The notes beneath the pieces were generated by a model, which was not told the DNA's origin, searched no databases, and saw only the letters and a list, made by a program, of their open reading frames with translations. This document shows, piece by piece, positions 19,176-27,694 of a DNA stretch of 64,000 nt. The first letter of the stretch is position 1; each line of letters opens with the position of its first letter. The position numbers and the translations under genes are program-made. The stretch lies in the IMG/VR virus record IMGVR_UViG_3300028416_000004, positions 168,515 to 232,514 of that record, one strand, 5' to 3'.

Positions 19176-19835
19176 TTATTTTTGTTTTCCGTTTCCTGAA
19201 TTGTATAGTTGTGATACTTCTGTTGGTGTTAGTTCTCTGTTCCAAATACCTATTTCATCCATATTACCATTTAAGAATTGACTAGATGTTCTCCTACTTA
19301 ATATAAAACCATTTACAAAACCCAAAGATGTACAATCAGTGAATGTTGTTGTACCAGCAGAAATTAAATTACCATCCATATACATATTTAATAATTTAGT
19401 TGACTCATTCCAAGCGAAAGCAACATGTCTCCAAACATTATTACCTATAGTTAAACTTTGTGATAAATAACCCCCATTTGTTTTGAATGCGTATAAAATT
19501 ATTGATGTAAATTGGAAAGTAAAACCCATAGACCCATTTGAACCGAAATTAGGTGTTTGAAAAAAACAGGCCGTACCTGTATTATTTTTATACACCCATC
19601 CACTTACCGTAAAATCTCCAGTAATACCAACATCACCTGTGTATTGTACATAATCATTAACACCATCAAACTTAAATCCTTGATTAATTTTACCTGTGTC
19701 ATATGTTGTTCCATTAATTAATGTTAAATCGTGTCCATTCCCTGTTTGGTCTATTGGTGTTCCATCAGCTCTATAATAAGCCAATAATCCATCCCATATA
19801 CCAGGTCTTCTAACCCCCACTCTTGTTTGTGCCAT
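19176..19835 (-). CDS. LamG/concanavalin A-like lectin-domain protein
   Basis: FDGVNDYV, FTVSGWVY, WRHVAF, LYMDG-like MYMDG and GNMDEIGIWNRELT. Confidence 0.85.
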   Translation of the reverse strand: MAQTRVGVRRPGIWDGLLAYYRADGTPIDQTGNGHDLTLINGTTYDTGKINQGFKFDGVNDYVQYTGDVGITGDFTVSGWVYKNNTGTACFFQTPNFGSNGSMGFTFQFTSIILYAFKTNGGYLSQSLTIGNNVWRHVAFAWNESTKLLNMYMDGNLISAGTTTFTDCTSLGFVNGFILSRRTSSQFLNGNMDEIGIWNRELTPTEVSQLYNSGNGKQK

Positions 19836-19879
19836 TTTTTATATTGTTTTAATTTTATTTGTTATTTTTAAAGAAAAAA

Positions 19880-19905
19880 AAAGGGTTTAAATAAATAAAC
19901 CCTTT
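19880..19905 (-). terminator. Intrinsic terminator-like hairpin
   Basis: AAAGGGTTTA-N6-TAAACCCTTT 10-bp stem with an A-run on the + side. Confidence 0.65.
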
Positions 19906-19922
19906 GTTTAATCTTTTAATTT

Positions 19923-20129
19923 TTAGATTACCTCTTCAGTTGATGTCCATTCAGGTCCTTCACAAATTGTAATCATTTCTTCTTTTGTGTAATCTGTGAA
20001 TGAATCACCTTCAACGATGAATTTTGTTCCATCGATTGACTTTCTTACTGTATCAGCTGTTGAATAACCTGTACATAATGAAAAGTCGAATGTTGTAATC
20101 TCTGCGATGTCTTTAATTGCGTATCCCAT
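19923..20129 (-). CDS. Small acidic protein (putative fibre partner/chaperone)
   Basis: 68 aa; RKSIDGTKF...EW pattern; lies between adhesin genes. Confidence 0.65.
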   Translation of the reverse strand: MGYAIKDIAEITTFDFSLCTGYSTADTVRKSIDGTKFIVEGDSFTDYTKEEMITICEGPEWTSTEEVI

Positions 20130-20222
20130 TTTTTTTGTTTTTAATTAATTATTTGTTATTTTATTCAATTATAAATATCTACCAATTTTTAATAATAGAG
20201 ATATTTATATTTTTTTTTTTTT

Positions 20223-21656
20223 TTAAATTCCACCACCATCGGTGATTGTCCATAAATCACTTAAAATTAAGTTTGATTTTGCTGCTTCAGCTGGACTTCC
20301 TATTGTGTATTTGGACGTACCAAAGTTAACAGACAAACCACTTACGGGGTTAAGTGCGTTCCATGCAACTAATAACTTATCATATTCAGTTGTTGTTATA
20401 GTTGAACCTCTTAGGAAATCTTTCATATTAGAAACAGTAGATATATCCCAAGTGTCTAATCCAACAACATCACACACACCTAAACCATAAAATGGTTCAT
20501 ACATAATAACTGGTCCAGATGTTCTTATTGTAATACCTGTAACATCAATATAATCAGCACCACACCCATTAAACATACCAGCGTATCTATTACCAAATGT
20601 TGTACAATTACTTAAATCCCAACCACTTACATTTAATGATGTTAAATTAACTGTGGGTGAGAAGGTATTAGATGTTGAAGTGACTTGAGAAACATCCCAT
20701 CCTGTTAAATCTAAATCGCCTGATATACCACAACCACGGAACATACCAATAATATTAGTGAATGGTACTGTTATATCTTCAATACCAGTTATTGTGGTTA
20801 AATTAGGTGTAGCTTGGAAGGTACTTGAGAAATTAACACCTAGTGTTCTAAAAGTAACTCCACTTACATCAACAGAAGTCAATGATATGTTATAGTAGAA
20901 CATTTGTCTGAAATCACTACAATTAGATAAATCCATTCCTGACATATCTAAAGATGTTAATGATGTACAACCTCTAAAAGTTTGGTACATAGTATATACT
21001 TTAGAAGTGTTAAGTGTGTTAAACCCTGTTACTGTAGTTAATGAGGTACAATTATAAAATACCTCTCTAAATTGAACATTTGAAGTTGTGTTTAATTTAC
21101 ATCCAGTAAAATCTATTGAAGTTAATGATGTACAAGATTGGAAACCACCAGTATAACCCCAACCAAAAGAAGTACAAGAAGTTAAATCCCAACCAGCTAA
21201 AGACATTGTGGTTAATGATGTACAACCATTAAAAGCATTTGCTAATGTATTAACTAATGATGTATTTGGAATATCTGTGGCATAAATTTCTAAATTACTA
21301 CACCCTTGGAAAGAAGTACCCATACTTCTCCATTCATTATAACCCCACTGATTAACTGACATCAATTTTTCTCTATCAGTACCATTAAATTTAGGCCAAG
21401 GTAAATTACCTAAGACTTTAATTGTATAAATTCCTGGTGTTGAATAGACGTGAGTTAAATCAGTATCATTATATGATGTAATTGTTGATGTTGTACCATC
21501 ACCCCACTCAATCGTTGCATTATAAACACCTAAATTTCCAGCACCTAAAATAAATGTATCACTCGCACTACCAGCATTTTCAGTGTTTATTGTAAATATA
21601 AATTTTCTTTTTTCCAAGGAACCATCTTTGATTCCAACTCTTATCTGTGCTGCCAT
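20223..21656 (-). CDS. DUF285/BspA-like leucine-rich-repeat surface protein with N-terminal PKD-like domain
   Basis: IEWGDG...THVYSTPGIYTIKV (PKD-like), VNQWG, and repeated ~25-aa units (F..CTSLT.LD.SGWD.S.V). Confidence 0.8.
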   Translation of the reverse strand: MAAQIRVGIKDGSLEKRKFIFTINTENAGSASDTFILGAGNLGVYNATIEWGDGTTSTITSYNDTDLTHVYSTPGIYTIKVLGNLPWPKFNGTDREKLMSVNQWGYNEWRSMGTSFQGCSNLEIYATDIPNTSLVNTLANAFNGCTSLTTMSLAGWDLTSCTSFGWGYTGGFQSCTSLTSIDFTGCKLNTTSNVQFREVFYNCTSLTTVTGFNTLNTSKVYTMYQTFRGCTSLTSLDMSGMDLSNCSDFRQMFYYNISLTSVDVSGVTFRTLGVNFSSTFQATPNLTTITGIEDITVPFTNIIGMFRGCGISGDLDLTGWDVSQVTSTSNTFSPTVNLTSLNVSGWDLSNCTTFGNRYAGMFNGCGADYIDVTGITIRTSGPVIMYEPFYGLGVCDVVGLDTWDISTVSNMKDFLRGSTITTTEYDKLLVAWNALNPVSGLSVNFGTSKYTIGSPAEAAKSNLILSDLWTITDGGGI

Positions 21657-21658
21657 AA

Positions 21659-21880
21659 TTATTCTGTTATTTCTTCTTCTTCATTGTTATCAACATCAAT
21701 TCCATAAACATTTAATAACTCTGTTTTCCAAGATGTTTCATCATCGAATATTGTGTGATTCGGTAAACCTGTTTCGGTTTGTTGTGGTGGGTCAGTTTTT
21801 CCGTAGTGAACAATTGAATTATCTTCATTTGTTGCAATCCACCATTTTTCATTCATTTCTGTTTTTGTTACTATTATCAT
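21659..21880 (-). CDS. Small acidic protein, translationally coupled to the DUF285 gene
   Basis: 73 aa with an acidic tail; its stop is 2 nt before the 21656 start. Confidence 0.65.
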   Translation of the reverse strand: MIIVTKTEMNEKWWIATNEDNSIVHYGKTDPPQQTETGLPNHTIFDDETSWKTELLNVYGIDVDNNEEEEITE

Positions 21881-21908
21881 AATTTATTTTTTTATATAAA
21901 TATCATAT

Positions 21909-21933
21909 AAAAAGGGAGATATTCACCTCCCTT
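21909..21933 (-). terminator. Intrinsic terminator after BspA-like gene 2
   Basis: AAGGGAG-N8-CTCCCTT hairpin; the + strand A-run is a U-tract on the minus transcript. Confidence 0.75.
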
Positions 21934-21942
21934 CATTTTTTT

Positions 21943-22056
21943 TTATTAAACCGTTACAGTCCATCCTTTTGATGTTGCTATAGCAATATCTTCAGGAGTT
22001 AAATCAGCTGTACCAGGGTTATACCTAACATCTATTGTTTGAGATGTTGCGTTACC
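21943..22056. repeat. 114-bp perfect direct repeat, copy 1 (3' end of BspA-like gene 2)
   Basis: Identical by eye to 24501-24614 (offset 2558). Confidence 0.9.
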
Positions 22057-24144
22057 TAGGTTGTTAAATATGTTTATTAAAGCCAATCTAGACAATTTGT
22101 TTGTATTATAACTATGTGATTTAGTTAAACCAAAAATATTAGATTCAGATAATTCAAAATTACTTCTTAACATAAGGTTAGCACTTGTTACGTTAGACAT
22201 ATCTAAACTACCAATTTTTCTTAGTTCTATACACCTGTCAAAAGTATAAGTCACATTTGTCGTTAAAGAAAAATCCAAATCAGGAATAATTTCAATTTTA
22301 CTAGAATTAAATAAATAATGTAAATTTGATTGTGAATTACTTGTATTGATTTGTGGTATAGTTTTTAAACCTGTACCTATAAACATTGCGTATATATTTG
22401 CACTATCTGTGTTAAAGTCTGATGGTAATTCTCTTAATGATGAACAACTATGGAACATATAACTCATATTTGAAACACCTGAAGTATTAATTAAACCATT
22501 TGGAAATCCTTCTAATGAACTACAATATATAAACATATAGAATGTTGTAGTACAATTTTGTAAATCTAATAATGGTAAGTTTTTTAAATTACTACATCCT
22601 TGGAAAACATTACTTAAAACTGTTGCAGATGAAGTATCTAAACCAGTAACAGTTTCTAAACTACTACAATTTAAAAACATTTTATTCATAGTAGTCACAT
22701 TACCAGTGTTTTGTAAATTAACTTCTTTTATCTTATTACTACCATCAAACATTTGTATTGTACTTGTACAAGAAGTTAAATCCAATGATATTTTTTCTAA
22801 TGAAGAACAATCTTTAAACATATAATCACATTTCGTTGAGTTTGAAGTATCAAACCCTTCAGGTAATTCTAATATACCTGAATTAAAAAACATATATTGC
22901 ATATTTGTAACACTGTCTGTGTTTAATAAATGTATTTTTCTTAAAGATGAACAATAACCAAACATACCATACATATTTGTACAACCACTAGTATCAAAAT
23001 CTTTAGGTATTTCTAATAACGAATTACAACTATGAAACATATAACCCATATTTGAAACACCAGATGTGTTAATTAAACCATTTTCAAATCTAACAATAGA
23101 AGAACAACGAACAAACATATAGTATGCTGTAGTACAAGAAGTAAAATCTATTTGTGGTACATCAATTAAACTAGAGCAACTTTCAAATAAATTACTTAAA
23201 TTTGTTGCAGATGAAGTATCTAAACCTGTTACAGTTTCTAAACTACTACAACCTTTAAACATTTTATTCATGTTTGTCACATTACCAGTATTTTGTAAAT
23301 TAGCTTCTTTTATCTTATTACTACCCTCAAAAATTTGTACTGTATTTGTACAAGAAGTTAAATCTAACGATATTTTTTCTAATGAAGAACAATTTTTAAA
23401 CATACTACCACATTCCGTTAGGTTTGAAGTGTCAAAATCAGATGGTAACTCTATTAAATTAGAACACCCATTAAACATACTAGTACCATTTGTAATGTTT
23501 GTCATATCAAATGATACCAATTTTTTAATTTTTGAATTAACAAAAAGACTAGTCGCATTAGTTATACTATGTGAACCAATAAATTCGATTTGTTCCATTT
23601 TTTTATGGTACGCACTCCCAGGTCTAAAAATACTTATATTTTGACCAGCTATTTTAACATCCAAAATATTAGAATAAGTAGCTACGTTTAATTCAGATTG
23701 ATAAGCGTAAGCTAAATCAAATTTAGTTAATGCACCTGGTACTTGTGGTGTTATTTTAACAATTACTTGTCTATATCCTTCAGATGTTAATGTTGACTCA
23801 TCAAGGTCTTCCCAATTCAATACATGATTTACTCTGTGAGTCGCACTTGTTTTTGATATACCATCATAATTAATAATGTTTCCATCACCCCAATCAACAG
23901 TAAAATCATCATTAACTGCAAAACCAACATAACTTGGTGTGTTTTCATATACACTAACCAACATGTAAACAACTTCATCACCATTATTAACTTCAGGCAA
24001 CGTTAACCAATCACTTGGTCTCACATAAGTATCATTAAATGTTGTTGTTTTTTCATATGTATAATTTAATTTATTATATCTTACCGTAGCATTCGGTAAG
24101 TACATATATTTTGGGGCTTGAACCCCTCCTACTACTTGTGCCAT
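21946..24144 (-). CDS. BspA/DUF285-like leucine-rich-repeat adhesin, paralog 2
   Basis: 732 aa; DWGDG beta-domain followed by ~23-aa MF..CSSL..L..LDTS..TNM repeats; paralog of 24504..26726. Confidence 0.85.
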   Translation of the reverse strand: MAQVVGGVQAPKYMYLPNATVRYNKLNYTYEKTTTFNDTYVRPSDWLTLPEVNNGDEVVYMLVSVYENTPSYVGFAVNDDFTVDWGDGNIINYDGISKTSATHRVNHVLNWEDLDESTLTSEGYRQVIVKITPQVPGALTKFDLAYAYQSELNVATYSNILDVKIAGQNISIFRPGSAYHKKMEQIEFIGSHSITNATSLFVNSKIKKLVSFDMTNITNGTSMFNGCSNLIELPSDFDTSNLTECGSMFKNCSSLEKISLDLTSCTNTVQIFEGSNKIKEANLQNTGNVTNMNKMFKGCSSLETVTGLDTSSATNLSNLFESCSSLIDVPQIDFTSCTTAYYMFVRCSSIVRFENGLINTSGVSNMGYMFHSCNSLLEIPKDFDTSGCTNMYGMFGYCSSLRKIHLLNTDSVTNMQYMFFNSGILELPEGFDTSNSTKCDYMFKDCSSLEKISLDLTSCTSTIQMFDGSNKIKEVNLQNTGNVTTMNKMFLNCSSLETVTGLDTSSATVLSNVFQGCSNLKNLPLLDLQNCTTTFYMFIYCSSLEGFPNGLINTSGVSNMSYMFHSCSSLRELPSDFNTDSANIYAMFIGTGLKTIPQINTSNSQSNLHYLFNSSKIEIIPDLDFSLTTNVTYTFDRCIELRKIGSLDMSNVTSANLMLRSNFELSESNIFGLTKSHSYNTNKLSRLALINIFNNLGNATSQTIDVRYNPGTADLTPEDIAIATSKGWTVTV

Positions 24145-24184
24145 AATTTTTTATTTTTTTAATTAATTTGTTATTGTTTTTTTA

Positions 24185-24415
24185 TTATAATGTAGTTTCT
24201 TCTTCTGAAATATTATCTTCTTCTTCCTCTTCAGGTTTATTGAATATATCAATAAATCCTTCAGGTTCATCATCATACCATTTCCATCCATCAACTGGAT
24301 AGTTGTATGTATCTTTTTGTTCTTTTAATAAAGAATAATCACCATTATACACCGCATTCGGTGCATAATACCAACCTTCTTCGGTTTCTTTGTAAAATCC
24401 TAGTTTTAATTCCAT
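24185..24415 (-). CDS. Small acidic aromatic-rich partner protein, copy 2
   Basis: 76 aa; near-identical to 26756..26980 (FYKETEEGWYYAPNAVYNGDYSLLKEQKDTY). Confidence 0.75.
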   Translation of the reverse strand: MELKLGFYKETEEGWYYAPNAVYNGDYSLLKEQKDTYNYPVDGWKWYDDEPEGFIDIFNKPEEEEEDNISEEETTL

Positions 24416-24461
24416 TTTTCTTTTTTTTATTTTTTAATTTGTTATTTTTTTTATAAATATG

Positions 24462-24490
24462 AAAAAAGAGAGGGAGAATACCCCCTCTTT
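24462..24490 (-). terminator. Intrinsic terminator after BspA-like gene 1
   Basis: AGAGGG (24469-74) pairs with CCCTCT (24483-88); the A6 on + is a U-tract on the minus transcript. Confidence 0.75.
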
Positions 24491-24500
24491 AATTATTAAA

Positions 24501-24614
24501 TTATTAAACCGTTACAGTCCATCCTTTTGATGTTGCTATAGCAATATCTTCAGGAGTTAAATCAGCTGTACCAGGGTTATACCTAACATCTATTGTTTGA
24601 GATGTTGCGTTACC
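24501..24614. repeat. 114-bp perfect direct repeat, copy 2 (3' end of BspA-like gene 1)
   Basis: Identical by eye to 21943-22056. Confidence 0.9.
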
Positions 24615-26726
24615 CAAGTTGTTGAAAATGTTAACTAATTCAGTTCTAGATAACTTACCATGAAGATAAGTATGTGATTTAGTTAAACCATATATATCAG
24701 ACTTACCAATACCATAGTTATTTCTGAACATATTTGTTGCGTTAGTTACAGATGAAAAATCCAAACTACCTATTTTTCTAAGTCTTGAACAATAACCAAA
24801 CATTTCTCTACTATCTGTAATATTGGAAGTATCCAAATCAGGAATTTCTTCAATACCTGATTGTCTAAACATATAATAACCACTAGTTATATTTGAAGTA
24901 TTAATAGATGGTATTGTTTTTAAATTAGATGTTGTTTGAAACATATAAAGCATATTTGTTGCACTATCTGTATTAAAATCAGATGGTATTTCTATTAAAT
25001 TTGAACAATAACCAAACATACTTTGCATATTCGTTACACCTGATGTATTAATTATATCATTATCAAATCTTATGATTGAATTACACCCATAAAACATACT
25101 TGAAGTCCTTGTACAACTTTGTAAGTTAATTTTAGGTAAATCCATTAATTTATTACAACCATAAAACATTTGATGTGTTATTGTCATTGAACTTGTATCT
25201 AAACCAGTTATTTTAACTAAGTTTGAACAGCCGTAAAAAGCATCTTGTCCACTTGTTACATTGGATGTATTTATTAAATTAATTTCTCTTATCTGAGAAG
25301 AATTTTTAAACATATTGTGCATACTTGTACAACTAGATAAGTCTAATGTTGGTAACGTTTTTAATTTATAACAATGCGAAAACATCTCTCCAGCGTGTGT
25401 TATATTAGAGAAATCTAAATCAGGAATTTCTTCAATATCTGCTTGTCTAAACATATAATAACCACTAGTTATATTTGAAGTATTTAATAAAGGTATTCTT
25501 CTTAAAGAACTACATTTATTAAACATATAAGTCATATTTGTTGCACTAGATGTATCAAAATCTTTAGGTATTTCTATTAAATTTGAACAATGACCAAACA
25601 TACCTTGCATATTCGTTACACCTGATGTATTAATTATATCATTATCAAATCTTATGATTGAATTACACGCATAAAACATACTTGAAGTCCTTGTACAACT
25701 TTGTAAGTTAATTTCAGGTAAATCCATTAATTTATTACAACCATAAAACATTTGATGTGTTATTGTCATTGAACTTGTATCTAAACCAGTTATTTTAACT
25801 AAGTTTGAACAGCCGTAAAAAGCATCTTGTCCATTTGTTACATTGGATGTATTTATTAAATTAATTTCTCTTATCTGAGAAGAATGTTTAAACATATTTT
25901 GCATACTTGTACAACTTGTCAAATCTAATGTTGGTAATTTTTCTAATGAACTACAATACGCAAACATGTCATATACATTTGTTAAACTTGTTAAATCCAT
26001 ATCTTCTGGTAACTCTATTAATTTAGTACATTGTCTAAACATATAATAACCATTAGTGATATTAGACATATCTAAAGAAACTATTTTTTTAATAGTTGAA
26101 CCATTAAACATACTGTTACTAGCCACAATACTATTTGAACCAACAAACTCAAATTGTTCGAATTTTGGGTTATTACCACCACCAACTTTTAAATAATTGA
26201 TGTTTTGTCCAGCCATTTTCATATCCAAAAGACCTGAAAGACCTACACCACCATATACACCATTAAGCATTGATTGATAGAATGATTGATTATTGAAATG
26301 AGTTAAACCACCAGGAACTTGTGGTGTGATTTTAACAATTGCTTGTCTATATCCTTCTGATGTTAATGTTGATGGGTCAATGTCATCCCAATTTATTGAA
26401 TAACCTGTTTTACCATCAACAGCATTCACACTTGTACTATTTTGGTCATAATTAATAATATTTCCATCACCCCAATCAACAGTATAATCACCTCTAACTG
26501 AGAATACGATACTATTTGGGTTATTTTCATAAATTGCAACCAACATGTAAATTACTTCATCACCTTCATTTACCGCTGGTAAATCCAACCAATCCGCTGG
26601 TCTTGTATAAGTTTTGTATGGTGTTGTATCGATTGGATAATTATAATTTAATTTATTATATCTTACCGTAGCGTTAGGTAAGTAAATATATTTAGGTGCT
26701 TGTACACCTCCTACTACTTGTGCCAT
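24504..26726 (-). CDS. BspA/DUF285-like leucine-rich-repeat adhesin, paralog 1
   Basis: 740 aa; same N-terminus (MAQVVGGVQAPKY) and C-terminus as 21946..24144; LRR-like repeats. Confidence 0.85.
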   Translation of the reverse strand: MAQVVGGVQAPKYIYLPNATVRYNKLNYNYPIDTTPYKTYTRPADWLDLPAVNEGDEVIYMLVAIYENNPNSIVFSVRGDYTVDWGDGNIINYDQNSTSVNAVDGKTGYSINWDDIDPSTLTSEGYRQAIVKITPQVPGGLTHFNNQSFYQSMLNGVYGGVGLSGLLDMKMAGQNINYLKVGGGNNPKFEQFEFVGSNSIVASNSMFNGSTIKKIVSLDMSNITNGYYMFRQCTKLIELPEDMDLTSLTNVYDMFAYCSSLEKLPTLDLTSCTSMQNMFKHSSQIREINLINTSNVTNGQDAFYGCSNLVKITGLDTSSMTITHQMFYGCNKLMDLPEINLQSCTRTSSMFYACNSIIRFDNDIINTSGVTNMQGMFGHCSNLIEIPKDFDTSSATNMTYMFNKCSSLRRIPLLNTSNITSGYYMFRQADIEEIPDLDFSNITHAGEMFSHCYKLKTLPTLDLSSCTSMHNMFKNSSQIREINLINTSNVTSGQDAFYGCSNLVKITGLDTSSMTITHQMFYGCNKLMDLPKINLQSCTRTSSMFYGCNSIIRFDNDIINTSGVTNMQSMFGYCSNLIEIPSDFNTDSATNMLYMFQTTSNLKTIPSINTSNITSGYYMFRQSGIEEIPDLDTSNITDSREMFGYCSRLRKIGSLDFSSVTNATNMFRNNYGIGKSDIYGLTKSHTYLHGKLSRTELVNIFNNLGNATSQTIDVRYNPGTADLTPEDIAIATSKGWTVTV
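24830..25940. repeat. Intragenic tandem duplication with 582-nt (194-aa) period
   Basis: For example 25025 aligns to 25607 and 24841 to 25423; a ~330-bp core differs at only about 5 positions. Confidence 0.85.
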
Positions 26727-26755
26727 AATTTTCTATTTTTTTAATTAATTTGTTA

Positions 26756-26980
26756 TTATAATTCACCTTCAGGTGTTTCTTCAGTTATTTCTTCTTCAGG
26801 TTTATTGAATATATCAATAAATCCTTCAGGTTCATCATCATACCATGACCACCCATCCGTTGGATAAGTGTAGGTATCTTTTTGTTCTTTTAATAAAGAA
26901 TAATCACCATTATACACTGCATTTGGTGCATAATACCAACCTTCTTCGGTTTCTTTGTAAAATCCTGGTTTTGTTTCCAT
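26756..26980 (-). CDS. Small acidic aromatic-rich partner protein, copy 1
   Basis: 74 aa; paralog of 24185..24415 (offset about 2565). Confidence 0.75.
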   Translation of the reverse strand: METKPGFYKETEEGWYYAPNAVYNGDYSLLKEQKDTYTYPTDGWSWYDDEPEGFIDIFNKPEEEITEETPEGEL

Positions 26981-27012
26981 TTTTCTTTTTTTTTATTTTT
27001 TAATTTGTTATT

Positions 27013-27591
27013 TTATAGTTTTATTAACACATCATGAGTAATTAATCGAATTAATTTTGTTGTTTCAGGGTTATTTTTATGTGTTTTTCTTATAGAAGAA
27101 TAAAACCCCATTCCAGACCAAGCATATTCAACCAATATTCCGTTTGGTTTTAACTCATCAACAATTTTTTGATACATACCCATCAATTCATTTTCATTCT
27201 TAAATGGTGTGTAACAATAAACAATATCATATTTACCATAATTATGATTCATAATATCATCAACATACAAATCGATATTATTATCCCAATAACCTTTTAG
27301 GTTTTTATTAAAAAAATCAACATACTCTTTATACTTCTCAACACCAAAAAAATTAAAAGTTTTGTCCTCAAATTTTTTGGATTCAATATAAAAGTTATAC
27401 ATCATTGTACCCAAACCAAATCCAGCATCACATACGTTAAATGTTGTTTTTGATGGTGTTAAATTTATCATTCTGGGAAAAATATTTTCGAATTGGGTTG
27501 TTGTTGGTTCGATATAATACCACTCATTGGTGTTATCAACAAAATCATTATTGTTTAATTCTTGTGATTTTATTTTATATTCTTTTTTCAT
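27013..27591 (-). CDS. Class I SAM-dependent methyltransferase
   Basis: VCDAGFGLG (motif I), FFGVEK, YVDDI and YDIVYCY. Start placed at Met 27591 because the listed ATG at 27627 lies inside a terminator hairpin. Confidence 0.75.
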   Translation of the reverse strand: MKKEYKIKSQELNNNDFVDNTNEWYYIEPTTTQFENIFPRMINLTPSKTTFNVCDAGFGLGTMMYNFYIESKKFEDKTFNFFGVEKYKEYVDFFNKNLKGYWDNNIDLYVDDIMNHNYGKYDIVYCYTPFKNENELMGMYQKIVDELKPNGILVEYAWSGMGFYSSIRKTHKNNPETTKLIRLITHDVLIKL

Positions 27592-27604
27592 AAGTGTTAA
27601 AAAT

Positions 27605-27640
27605 AAAAAGAGGGAGGAGTATTTCATCCTCCCCTTTTTT
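27605..27640 (-). terminator. Intrinsic terminator after the long fibre gene
   Basis: GGGAGGA (27612-18) pairs with TCCTCCC (27627-33), flanked by A- and T-runs. Confidence 0.8.
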
Positions 27641-27694
27641 GTTTATGTATTAAATTAATAATACATTGGTTTTAGTTTAATCTAGGGTTGTAGA

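Noticed and set aside
20210-20224. T15 tract as a phase-variation switch
   Set aside because: It is intergenic, just past a stop codon, and long A/T runs are common in intergenic DNA throughout this window.
21943-26726. Diversity-generating retroelement (TR/VR pair) behind the repeated adhesin segments
   Set aside because: The 114-bp copies are identical, and the 582-nt-period copies differ at C/G, T/C and T/G positions rather than only at adenines. No reverse transcriptase is in the window; one elsewhere in the genome cannot be excluded.
18466-27012. Shufflon or invertible tail-fibre switch
   Set aside because: All cassettes are co-oriented, the repeats are direct rather than inverted, and no recombinase is visible.
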